Below are positions 9,660 through 17,899 of a DNA stretch of 24,268 nucleotides, piece after piece. The translations under genes were made by a program, and so were the position numbers. This DNA comes from Cyanobacteria bacterium J06626_4 (GTDB taxonomy: Bacteria > Cyanobacteriota > Cyanobacteriia > Phormidesmidales > Phormidesmidaceae). The notes under the pieces are model-generated. The model saw only the letters and a program-made list of their open reading frames with translations, was not told where the DNA came from and did not search any database. Each line of letters starts with the position of its first letter. Position 1 is the first letter of the stretch. The stretch covers positions 1 through 24,268 of the forward strand of contig JBCBJQ010000091.1 in assembly GCA_038523235.1 (NCBI GenBank). The letters run 5' to 3'.

Positions 9660-10643
9660 ATGCCCAAAGTAAATGCCCGTAAGTCTAAGACCAAAGCTCC
9701 TTTTTCCGCCGACGCTGTGCGTACCTATCTCCATGAGATCGGCCGAGTTCCCTTGTTAACCCATGAAGAAGAGATCATTCTGGGTAAGCAAGTCCAGCAA
9801 ATGATGGGTCTACTGGAACTGCGCGAGAAGCTGGGGTCAGAGGTAGAGCACGAGCCGACTTACCAAGAGTGGGCGGATGCGGCTGAGTTAGATATTGAAG
9901 TGCTCAAGCAGCAGCTGCGAGATGGTGAGCGCTCGAAGCGCAAAATGATCGAAGCCAACTTGCGACTGGTGGTGGCGATCGCGAAAAAGTACCAAAAGCG
10001 CAATCTCGAGTTTCTTGACCTGATTCAAGAAGGCACGCTGGGGCTAGAGCGCGGCGTCGAAAAGTTTGACCCGACCAAGGGCTATAAGTTTTCGACCTAC
10101 GCTTACTGGTGGATTCGTCAGGCCATCACCCGAGCGATCGCTCAGCAGGCGCGGACGATTCGTTTGCCGATTCACATTACTGAAAAGCTCAACAAGATCA
10201 AGCGAGTGCAGCGCGAACTCTCCCAAACGTTGGGACGTAGTGCCACTATCGCTGAGATTGCCCAGGCTCTGGAGTTGGAAGCGGCTCAGGTGCGGGAATA
10301 CCTCACCCTGTCGCGTCAACCCATCTCGCTGGATGTGCGCATCGGTGACAACCAAGACACCGAACTGCAAGAGCTGCTAGAGGACGAAAAGGCTTCGCCC
10401 GAAGACTACACTGTGCGGGAATCGCTGAAACAGGATATTCGCACGCTGCTGGCAGAGCTGACGCCGCAACAGCAGGAAGTCATCACCCTGCGCTATGGCC
10501 TCAACGACGGTAACGAGCTGTCGCTGGCCAAGGTGGGCAACCGGCTCAATATCAGTCGCGAGCGAGTGCGCCAGCTGGAGCAACAAGCGCTCAAGCACCT
10601 CCGCCGTCGCAAGAGCAACGTGCGGGGCTATCTAGCCAGCTAA
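9660..10643 (+). CDS. sigB: Group 2 RNA polymerase sigma factor (RpoD/SigA family, SigB-type)
   Basis: [16 protein letters not shown] (region 1.2), [37 protein letters not shown] and a region 4 HTH (SRERVRQLE), with no region 1.1. SD GGAGG at 9648. The sigB subtype is from recalled similarity and is less certain than the family. Confidence 0.85.
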   Translation: MPKVNARKSKTKAPFSADAVRTYLHEIGRVPLLTHEEEIILGKQVQQMMGLLELREKLGSEVEHEPTYQEWADAAELDIEVLKQQLRDGERSKRKMIEANLRLVVAIAKKYQKRNLEFLDLIQEGTLGLERGVEKFDPTKGYKFSTYAYWWIRQAITRAIAQQARTIRLPIHITEKLNKIKRVQRELSQTLGRSATIAEIAQALELEAAQVREYLTLSRQPISLDVRIGDNQDTELQELLEDEKASPEDYTVRESLKQDIRTLLAELTPQQQEVITLRYGLNDGNELSLAKVGNRLNISRERVRQLEQQALKHLRRRKSNVRGYLAS

Positions 10644-10671
10644 CTCGTTCCTTTGAATTTCGTGTGTGCAA

Positions 10672-10696
10672 GGCCCCTATTTAGGGGCTTTTTTTT
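10672..10696 (+). terminator. Intrinsic terminator after the sigma factor gene
   Basis: GCCCCT-ATTT-AGGGGC followed by T8. Confidence 0.9.
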
Positions 10697-10923
10697 GCTG
10701 TCAACAACCCTGTATCAGTGCGTCGCTGCGCTGACGACACCCGACTTTTCATTGTTGGGATGGGTGCGCCTGCGTTATCAGTCGCTGCCCTGAAAATAAA
10801 GTTTGCGTGGTGGGCCGATCCCTCATCGATCGCCTCAATCTCCCCACCAGAGAGCCTCCTGATCCACTACCCCACACCTGTAACGGACTGTGGCTTTGCT
10901 TGAGCGCTCACTCACTTGGCACC

Positions 10924-11496
10924 TTAGGCAATTTTCTGCTGACTGACCAATGCCGGACGACACGCTTTTTCTGGGAGTGCTTGTAGTACGCGTTGAAAAG
11001 GTACCACGTTGTCGAGGGCTTGCGACAGCATCAACCCACCCTGAATGGCGACAAGGCTCTCCTCGCTGCGCTGACGCGCCATCGCTTCATCTAGGCCAGC
11101 TTCAGTCAGGACGGTGGCGATCGCCGCAATCCACCTTTCTATCAGTGCTTTGACCTGACTGTGAAACAGCTCGCGACCGGTGCCCGCTTGCAGAATTGCC
11201 AGCAGGCAAGGCTGAGTACCGCCACTGTATAGCTCGTTGATGCGATCGCACATTTGCCGTAGGCGCTCTTGGGCGTTACCGGGACGCGCCAAAGGCTGCA
11301 GCACATTCTCAGTCAGCCAGGCCTCAGCGTAGGTGAGCACCGACTGAACCATGTCATCTTTGCCGCCCGGAAAGTGGTGATACAGGCTGGCTTTGCCTAA
11401 CCCCGTGGCCGCCGCAATTTTAGACAGGGTGGCGCCATCATAACCATATTGCTGAAACAGTTGGAACAGTTGGGGAATGTAGGTTTCTTTGGGCAT
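10924..11496 (-). CDS. TetR/AcrR family transcriptional regulator (TetR-1)
   Basis: HTH FQQYGYDGATLSKIAAATGLGKASLYHHFPGGK. ATG 11496 is preferred. The gene is divergent from the oxidoreductase operon. Confidence 0.93.
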   Translation of the reverse strand: MPKETYIPQLFQLFQQYGYDGATLSKIAAATGLGKASLYHHFPGGKDDMVQSVLTYAEAWLTENVLQPLARPGNAQERLRQMCDRINELYSGGTQPCLLAILQAGTGRELFHSQVKALIERWIAAIATVLTEAGLDEAMARQRSEESLVAIQGGLMLSQALDNVVPFQRVLQALPEKACRPALVSQQKIA

Positions 11497-11520
11497 GACC
11501 CACACGACTGAATTCGACTA

Positions 11521-11572
11521 TTGACACCTTACCAAACGTTCGGTACAGTTAAATCATACCGAACGATCGGTC
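11521..11572 (+). promoter_or_regulatory. Promoter with two TetR-type palindromic operators
   Basis: TTGACA (11521-26), 17 nt, TACAGT (11544-49). Operators TACCAAACGTTCGGTA (11530-11545) and TACCGAACGATCGGTC (11557-11572), consensus palindrome TACCGAACGTTCGGTA. Confidence 0.85.
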
Positions 11573-11608
11573 TAGTTGCTTTGGGTGTGATTCGCCCAGG
11601 AGGTTTCG

Positions 11609-12601
11609 ATGCAATTAGCTAAGTCAACGCTGCCGCAGCGAGCTGACCATATTTATGACGTGTTGGTTGTCGGGGGCGGGGCCGCTGGGCTGTCAGCGGG
11701 CATTTATCTGCAGCGCTACCTACTCTCAACGCTGATCCTTGATAAGGGCAAAGCCCGCTCTTTTTGGATGCAGGAACTACACAACTATTTGGGTCTGCCC
11801 CCCGAAACACCTGGTCGGGAAGTGCTCAAACAGGGTAAAGACCATTACCTCTCGCTGGAAGGCGATTACCTGAATGCCTATGTCGAAGATGTGATTGATG
11901 AAGGCGATACCTTTGCGGTGAAGGTTCGGATCGGGCGCAAAAATCCCACGTATGAAATCTTTCGCACGCGCTACCTTATCGCCGCCAGCGGCATTATCGA
12001 CCACCTGCCGCAGCTGGCGGATATGAAAAACGTGTTTGACTATGCCGGGTACAACCTGCACGTTTGTTTGATTTGTGACGGCTATGAAATGCGCGACCAG
12101 CGAGTCGGTGTCTTTGGTAGCAGCGCTGGCAGTCTAGAGGTCGCTTTTCCGTTGGGTTGGTTTACCCGGCAAATTACGCTGTTCACAAACGGTGCGTTTG
12201 AGGTGGAGCCAGAACTGCGCGATCGCTTCACCCAAGCGGGCTACACCATTAACGAGCAGCCCATTCACCAGTTCCTCGGCGAAAACCATCAAATGTCAGG
12301 CGTGGAACTCGCAGACGGTTCCACGGTGGATCTTGACGCCGGACTCATCTCTATGGGCTCAAAGTACCACGCTGATTATCTGCAAGGCATCGACCTGGAA
12401 TATAACGGCGGCAACCTAGTGACTGATGGCATGAACCGGACTTCGCATCCCCGCATCTTTGCCGTGGGGGATCTGAAAGTCGGTATGAATCAGGTAATTG
12501 TGGCCGCCTCGGATGGTGCCCTGGCGGCGACGCAAATCTGGCGCGACATTCGCCGCCAAGAAGGGACGCGCCGTCCGCTGGCTGAGGTGCTCGCTGCTTA
12601 G
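11609..12601 (+). CDS. Thioredoxin reductase-like FAD-dependent oxidoreductase with CxxC
   Basis: GGGAAGLSA FAD motif, HVCLICDG, and RTSHPRIFAVGD. SD AGGAGG upstream. Confidence 0.9.
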   Translation: MQLAKSTLPQRADHIYDVLVVGGGAAGLSAGIYLQRYLLSTLILDKGKARSFWMQELHNYLGLPPETPGREVLKQGKDHYLSLEGDYLNAYVEDVIDEGDTFAVKVRIGRKNPTYEIFRTRYLIAASGIIDHLPQLADMKNVFDYAGYNLHVCLICDGYEMRDQRVGVFGSSAGSLEVAFPLGWFTRQITLFTNGAFEVEPELRDRFTQAGYTINEQPIHQFLGENHQMSGVELADGSTVDLDAGLISMGSKYHADYLQGIDLEYNGGNLVTDGMNRTSHPRIFAVGDLKVGMNQVIVAASDGALAATQIWRDIRRQEGTRRPLAEVLAA

Positions 12602-12814
12602 GGGATGGCTGAAGAAGTGGCAGTGGCCTGTTCTGAGTCACTGTGGTCGCTGCCACACACCTCTCTGCAGTTTTCTCTGCCGCTGATTCCGTCTTGAATG
12701 CTCAAGGTTTCCCTCAATCAGCGTCAACTGGTGGCGACCTGAATCATCGAGCTGGCGATCGGTATTGCGATCGCGCTCTGCTTTCACCTGTTTTGTAATC
12801 AACGGAGAAATTTC

Positions 12815-13411
12815 ATGATGAAGCTCTATGGCCACGAAATGTCCGGCAACAGCTACAAAGTTCGTCTGCTACTACACCTGCTGAACCTCGATTACGAATG
12901 GGTCAAAGTTGACCTGATGAAAGCAGAGCACAAATCGCCCGAGTACCTGGCGCTTAATCCCTTTGGTCAGGTACCGCTGTTGGTTGACGGCGAAACGCGA
13001 TTAGCTGATGCTCAGGCCATTTTGGTGTATTTAGCGCGTCAATATGGCGGCGATGAGTGGCTGCCTACCGAGGCGTTGCCCCTAGCGCAGGTGGTGCGCT
13101 GGCTCTCAACGTCTGCGGGGGAAGTGCGCCAAGGGCCAGAAAATGCGCGGCTCTATCATCTCTTTGGTCGCAAAACGATTAACGTCGATCGCGCTTACGC
13201 ACAAGCCACGACCATTCTCACTCAGCTTGATCAGCATTTGAGCCAGCACGCTTGGCTAGAATTTGAGCGCCCCACCATCGCAGACGTGGCGGTCTTTCCC
13301 TATGTGTCTTTGGCGCCGGATGGCAAGGTTGATCTGTCGCCTTATCCCCATGTGTTGGCTTGGCTCGAGCGGGTACGGCAGCTGCCGGGTTTTGTGCCCA
13401 TGGCCATGTAG
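12815..13411 (+). CDS. Glutathione S-transferase family protein
   Basis: Motifs SGNSYKVRL, LNPFGQVPLLVDG, LADAQAILVYLA and PTIADVAVFPY. SD GGAGA upstream. Confidence 0.93.
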   Translation: MMKLYGHEMSGNSYKVRLLLHLLNLDYEWVKVDLMKAEHKSPEYLALNPFGQVPLLVDGETRLADAQAILVYLARQYGGDEWLPTEALPLAQVVRWLSTSAGEVRQGPENARLYHLFGRKTINVDRAYAQATTILTQLDQHLSQHAWLEFERPTIADVAVFPYVSLAPDGKVDLSPYPHVLAWLERVRQLPGFVPMAM

Positions 13412-13464
13412 GCGATCTCGCTCACCGCATCGTTTCCAAACTATGGATAGGAGGACATCGCATC

Positions 13465-14448
13465 ATGGCGCTTGAAGGTTGGAAAAAAGCAGAATCGCCC
13501 TTCCATGCTGGTGAGCGGGCGATTCAGGAAAAGTTGGGTGGCCGCGATCGCACTGAACGGCAAGGTCGGCGGATCATCCGCGAGTTTGTGCCGGAGCAGC
13601 ATCAGGCCTTTTATCGGCAACTGTCCTATCTATTGGTCGGCACTGTGGATGAGGCCGATCGTCCCTGGGCATCCATTTTGGTGGGAACGCCGGGGTTCAT
13701 CACGGCACCAAACGATCGCACGCTACGGATCAACGCTCACCCCCTCTATGGCGATCCGCTGACGCAGCAGCTGACGGTTGGCAACGACGTCGGTTTGCTC
13801 GGGATTGAGCTGCACACCCGCCGCCGCAATCGTCTCAATGGCGTCATTAGTCGTGTTGAAGAAGCGGGCTTTGAAGTGCAGGTCGGACAAGCCTTTGGCA
13901 ATTGCCCCCAATATATTCAAGCGCGCCAGTTTAATCTGCGATCGTTCAATCCGGCAGATCCTAAACCGGTGCAGACGCTGACCCAATTTGGCGCTGACGA
14001 ACGGGCGGCGATCGCCCAAGCCGACACGTTTTTTATCACCACGGCCTATCTGAAACCTGAGGCAGGAGCGGCTAAGGGTGTGGATGTTTCCCATCGCGGG
14101 GGTAAACCGGGCTTTGTGCGTATCGACGATGCCCAAACCCTGACAATTCCCGATTTTTCGGGCAACTTTCATTTCAATACGTTGGGCAATCTGGCGGTGA
14201 ATCCCCGCGCGGGCCTAATCTTCATCGATTTTGAAAACGGTAACCTACTGTATCTCACAGGGCAGGCTGAGGTGATCTGGGATGGCGATCCTGAAATTGC
14301 GCAATACGAAGGGGCCGAGCGCCTACTCAAATTTCAGGTCGCCCAAGGGATTCGCGTTGAAGGCAGTCTGCCCCTGAGCTGGTCTGCACCGGAGTTTTCG
14401 CCTTTCCTTCAGGCAACGGGTGATTGGCAACAGCCGGACGTCCATTGA
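13465..14448 (+). CDS. Pyridoxamine 5'-phosphate oxidase-like FMN-binding protein (tandem split-barrel)
   Basis: Motifs SPFHAGERAIQ, PWASIL.G.PGF, RRRNRLNG, GNCPQYIQ, DVSHRGGKPGFV and PDFSGN..FNTLGN. ATG 13465 follows SD AGGAGG. Confidence 0.9.
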   Translation: MALEGWKKAESPFHAGERAIQEKLGGRDRTERQGRRIIREFVPEQHQAFYRQLSYLLVGTVDEADRPWASILVGTPGFITAPNDRTLRINAHPLYGDPLTQQLTVGNDVGLLGIELHTRRRNRLNGVISRVEEAGFEVQVGQAFGNCPQYIQARQFNLRSFNPADPKPVQTLTQFGADERAAIAQADTFFITTAYLKPEAGAAKGVDVSHRGGKPGFVRIDDAQTLTIPDFSGNFHFNTLGNLAVNPRAGLIFIDFENGNLLYLTGQAEVIWDGDPEIAQYEGAERLLKFQVAQGIRVEGSLPLSWSAPEFSPFLQATGDWQQPDVH

Positions 14449-14717
14449 AAGATTGCTGCCCTCATTTCGGATGCGCCGAGTCCGCAGTACGAACGTAGCC
14501 GAAAATAGCTCGTTCATCAGCCCGACCTGTTTTGTCAAAGGCTTGCGGATTAAGGCTTTGAGCCATTGAGTACACCCGTAATAGTTCCAGCAGCGTCGCC
14601 ATCGGTGTCTTCTACAATTCAGCTATCTCATTTAACTGACCCACTGGGGCAGCCTCTCCTATTAGTCAGGGCGATCGCGACTATGGAACGACTTATCTAC
14701 AAAAGAGGTGAATCCGC

Positions 14718-14837
14718 ATGGCTCAAAGCTACCTGAGTTGGTCGCTTGTCGTGATTACTTTCAAGATCCGCAATCCGCACTTTGGGATAGGGACCGGGCC
14801 TAAGTACCGTATCGATTCAGAAGGGGTATTCAGATGA
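14718..14837 (+). CDS. Putative small ORF (39 aa), not in the ORF track
   Basis: SD AGAGGTG, then ATG 14718. It translates MAQSYLSWSLVVITFKIRNPHFGIGTGPKYRIDSEGVFR*, and its TGA overlaps the next ATG (ATGA). Confidence 0.45.
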   Translation: MAQSYLSWSLVVITFKIRNPHFGIGTGPKYRIDSEGVFR

Positions 14838-15211
14838 CCGAGAAACTGCTGGCTGTCGCCGTCACTCCGGACGGTAATCTCGCGGCCCATGCCGGAAGAG
14901 CCTTGCGGTGGCAAGTGTACGTGGTGCCAGAGGAAGCTGACATTAGCCTCGCCTGGATCTTGGACTTAACGAAGGTCGGTTGCCTGCATGAATGGCACGT
15001 GCGAGGAGAGGGCGATCGCCATCCGCTACATTTTGTAGATATTGCGATCGCGGCCTCTGCGGGGGAAGGCGTGAGGCGGCGGCTCCAGGCGCGCAATACG
15101 GAACTGCTCACCACCAGTGAGCCCGATCCAGAGACCGCAATTAAAGCCTATCGGGTGGGGAACTTGCCCGCTGGCCTCCCCCACGAGACACCGGTCTGTC
15201 ATTCCAGCTAA
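14834..15211 (+). CDS. NifB/NifX (FeMo-cofactor-binding)-like small protein
   Basis: N-terminal LAVAVTPDGNLAAHAGRA resembles the NifX-family IAV...V..HFGRA motif. It also has IAASAGEG.RRRL..RN and a C-terminal P.TAIKAY helix. Confidence 0.65.
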   Translation: MTEKLLAVAVTPDGNLAAHAGRALRWQVYVVPEEADISLAWILDLTKVGCLHEWHVRGEGDRHPLHFVDIAIAASAGEGVRRRLQARNTELLTTSEPDPETAIKAYRVGNLPAGLPHETPVCHSS

Positions 15212-15416
15212 CTCAATCGCCAAGTTTTCTGTCTGCTTTACTGACATGAGGGCTGCTCTGCCAGTCGCTCTGTATCTGTGGCGCTTGCCCCTCTCCCATG
15301 GCTTTTGAGTGGGGATAATCTCTCCTGAGCGGCGCTGTACCAGAGGGGGCAACCGTTCTGGAAGGCAAGAATTTGGGGTGAAAGCTTTGCGATATGACCC
15401 GGCTGAAAGTCGAGAC

Positions 15417-15445
15417 TTGACATTTACCTACTAGTAGGTAAATGT
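15417..15445 (+). promoter_or_regulatory. Promoter of TetR-2 overlapped by a perfect 26-bp palindromic operator
   Basis: TTGACA at 15417-22. ACATTTACCTACTAGTAGGTAAATGT (15420-15445) is its own reverse complement. Confidence 0.88.
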
Positions 15446-15451
15446 GATGGT

Positions 15452-16027
15452 ATGACCAGCTCAACTGCTCAAAAAATCTTGGATGTGGCTCAAGATCTTG
15501 TGCGTAATCGAGGGTATAGCGCCTTCAGTTATGCCGATATTGCCGCGCAGATTGGTATTCGTAAGGCGAGCATTCACTATCACTTTGCCTCTAAAGAAGA
15601 ATTGGCCTTAGCGTTAGTGCAGCGTTATCGAACGACTTTTTTGCAAGCGTTACAGTCCATTGAGCAAACGATCGCTGATCCGCAAGCGCAATTGCAGGAG
15701 TTTTGCGCCCTCTACCGGGGAGGGCTCATCCATCAGCAAATGTGTTTGTGTGGCATGCTGTCGGCTGAGCTGTTCGTTTTGCCGACAGCGGTGCAGAGCG
15801 AGGTGAGAGACTTTTTTGGGGAGATGACTGCTTGGCTGCAGGCGCTGTTAGAGCGTGGTGTAGCGAGCGATCGCTTCCAGATTCGGGTGTCAGCGGCTGA
15901 TGAAGCAGCGTTGCTGTTGGCCACTGTGCAAGGGGCACAACTCCTAGCACGGGCGGCAGCAGACAGTGAGGCCGAATTTGATTGCCTGATGCACCGATTG
16001 TTTTCGGCCCTTTGCCCAGACGGGTAA
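15452..16027 (+). CDS. TetR/AcrR family transcriptional regulator (TetR-2, NemR-like)
   Basis: HTH RNRGYSAFSYADIAAQIGIRKASIHYHFASKEEL and a conserved MCLCGML motif. Confidence 0.93.
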   Translation: MTSSTAQKILDVAQDLVRNRGYSAFSYADIAAQIGIRKASIHYHFASKEELALALVQRYRTTFLQALQSIEQTIADPQAQLQEFCALYRGGLIHQQMCLCGMLSAELFVLPTAVQSEVRDFFGEMTAWLQALLERGVASDRFQIRVSAADEAALLLATVQGAQLLARAAADSEAEFDCLMHRLFSALCPDG

Positions 16028-16038
16028 ATTTTTTTGAT

Positions 16039-16064
16039 CATTTACCTACCTTCTAGTAGGTAAG
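16039..16064 (+). promoter_or_regulatory. Second operator of TetR-2, upstream of the SDR gene
   Basis: CATTTACCTACCTTCTAGTAGGTAAG. Its core TACCTTCTAGTAGGTA (16047-16062) is a 15/16 match to the core of the 15420 palindrome. Confidence 0.85.
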
Positions 16065-16094
16065 ATTCTTTTAATGACCAGGAGGTCTATTGTG

Positions 16095-16874
16095 ATGTCT
16101 CAAGAATTTGTCGGACACAAGCTGATTGTGATCGGCGGTACCAGTGGTATCGGCAAGAGTGTGGCGCAACTCGCCCTCAAGGCGGGTGCCTCGGTGGTGC
16201 TGATCGGTCGGCAGGTTGATAAGTTGCAGGCCGCTTTGACGGAGCTGAGTGCGCTGGGTAAAGTCTTTGGCGAGCAGGCTGATATTGCCAGTCCCGACGG
16301 AAGACAGGCTTTGCTGAGTCGTCTGCAGGCTCATCATGCCGACGCCACCTTGCTGGTGAACGCTGCGGGCGTTTTTGCACCCAAATCGTTTTTGGAACAT
16401 ACTGCCGCCGACTACGATCGCTATTTAGAGATCAACAAGGCGATCTTTTTCATCACTCAGGCGATTGCGAAAAATATGATTGAGCAGGGGCGTGGGGGCG
16501 CGATCGTGAATATTGGTTCCATGTGGGCTCAGCAGGCGGTACAGGCCACGCCGTCATCGGCCTATTCCATGGCGAAGGCGGGTTTGCATGCGCTGACTCA
16601 GCATCTGGCGATGGAGCTAGCTAGCCATCATATTCGAGTCAATGCGGTGTCCCCGGCTGTGGTTGAAACGCCCATCTACGAAGGATTTATGCCTCCAGAG
16701 GCGGTGCACTCGACGCTAGCAGGGTTCAATACCTTCCATCCGATTGGTCGAGTGGGTCAGCCTCAAGATGTGGCGGAGACCGTGGTCTTTTTGCTCAGCG
16801 ATCGCACGAGCTGGGTGACTGGGGCCATTTGGGATGTGGATGGTGGCGTCATGGCAGGGCGTAACCAGTCTTGA
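16095..16874 (+). CDS. Short-chain dehydrogenase/reductase
   Basis: Motifs GGTSGIG, VNAAG, NIGS, YSMAK (YxxxK), IRVNAVSP and VTG..WDVDGG. ATG 16095 follows SD GGAGG. Confidence 0.95.
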   Translation: MSQEFVGHKLIVIGGTSGIGKSVAQLALKAGASVVLIGRQVDKLQAALTELSALGKVFGEQADIASPDGRQALLSRLQAHHADATLLVNAAGVFAPKSFLEHTAADYDRYLEINKAIFFITQAIAKNMIEQGRGGAIVNIGSMWAQQAVQATPSSAYSMAKAGLHALTQHLAMELASHHIRVNAVSPAVVETPIYEGFMPPEAVHSTLAGFNTFHPIGRVGQPQDVAETVVFLLSDRTSWVTGAIWDVDGGVMAGRNQS

Positions 16875-16993
16875 GATAACTGCTCATCGGGCCTCTGGTC
16901 AGCCGTCACGATCGGTAAGCCCGAAAGTTTTTGCCCGGCTGACGGTGCTTCTGACCCCAACTTGATATTGCTTTTGATTGGAGCCTTATTTCC

Positions 16994-17689
16994 ATGCAAC
17001 TATTCGCAGATCTCAATGAACGCGCCGTAGTCGCGACCCACGACTTAGCCTGGAGCGACTCTCCCATGGCCGGTGTTGAGCGGCGCATGATCGAACGCGA
17101 CGGTGCAGAAGTGGCCCGTGCTACTTCGATTGTCCGCTATGCACCCAATAGTCATTTCTCTGCTCACACCCACGGCGGCGGTGAAGAGTTCTTCGTCCTC
17201 GACGGCACTTTCTCCGATGAGCACGGTGACTATCCGGCGGGCACCTATGTGCGCAATCCGGTCGGGTCAACTCACACGCCGTTCAGTCAGGACGGCTGCA
17301 CCATCTTGGTCAAGCTCTGGCAGATGCACCCCGATGACCAGCAGCGAGTCGTGGTCGATACTCGCACTGCCGACTGGTTCCCAGGTCTTGTGGACGGGCT
17401 GTCAGTGATGCCGCTGCACAATTTTGGGTCGGAGCATGTGGCCTTGGTGCGCTGGGCGCCGGGCACGCAGTTTCAGCCCCATGGTCACTGGGGTGGCGAG
17501 GAGATTTTTGTGCTGGACGGTGTATTTGAAGACGAGTTTGGCGCCTACCCGCAGGGGACCTGGCTGCGCAATCCGACCGGCAGTCGCCACACGCCCTTTA
17601 GCCAAGCGGGGACGCTGATCTATGTCAAAACGGGACATCTGCCTGCGACTCTGAGCCCCACATCGACCCCGGCAGCGCTGAGTCGATAA
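16994..17689 (+). CDS. ChrR-like tandem cupin (Cupin_7) protein
   Basis: Two repeats, HTHGGGEEFFVLDGTFSDEHGDYPAGTYVRNP and HGHWGGEEIFVLDGVFEDEFGAYPQGTWLRNP. Confidence 0.9.
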   Translation: MQLFADLNERAVVATHDLAWSDSPMAGVERRMIERDGAEVARATSIVRYAPNSHFSAHTHGGGEEFFVLDGTFSDEHGDYPAGTYVRNPVGSTHTPFSQDGCTILVKLWQMHPDDQQRVVVDTRTADWFPGLVDGLSVMPLHNFGSEHVALVRWAPGTQFQPHGHWGGEEIFVLDGVFEDEFGAYPQGTWLRNPTGSRHTPFSQAGTLIYVKTGHLPATLSPTSTPAALSR

Positions 17690-17899
17690 GGCGATCTTGA
17701 ACCAAATTTCGAGATGCCGATTCTGTGACCAACGGGTGGGGCTGCTCAATCTCATCCATTGTCTCTATCGGCTGGGCGGCTGAGTTCTGTACGCTAATGT
17801 GGACAAGGATTTGGCTGATTGAGCAGGTCGGGCGATCGCAGCTCCCCTCATTGATCAGCCCGATCAACTGCTGTTGTCTAACGCGTGACGCCCCCTACT

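Noticed and set aside
14692..14712. TTATCTAC..GAGGTG as a third TetR-2 operator
   Set aside because: Only one half-site resembles the operator, the spacing is off by one, and the right part is better explained as an SD.
17690..17899. preQ1 riboswitch upstream of yhhQ
   Set aside because: There is an imperfect stem at about 17826-17864, but I see no preQ1-I hairpin with A-rich tail or other preQ1 consensus.
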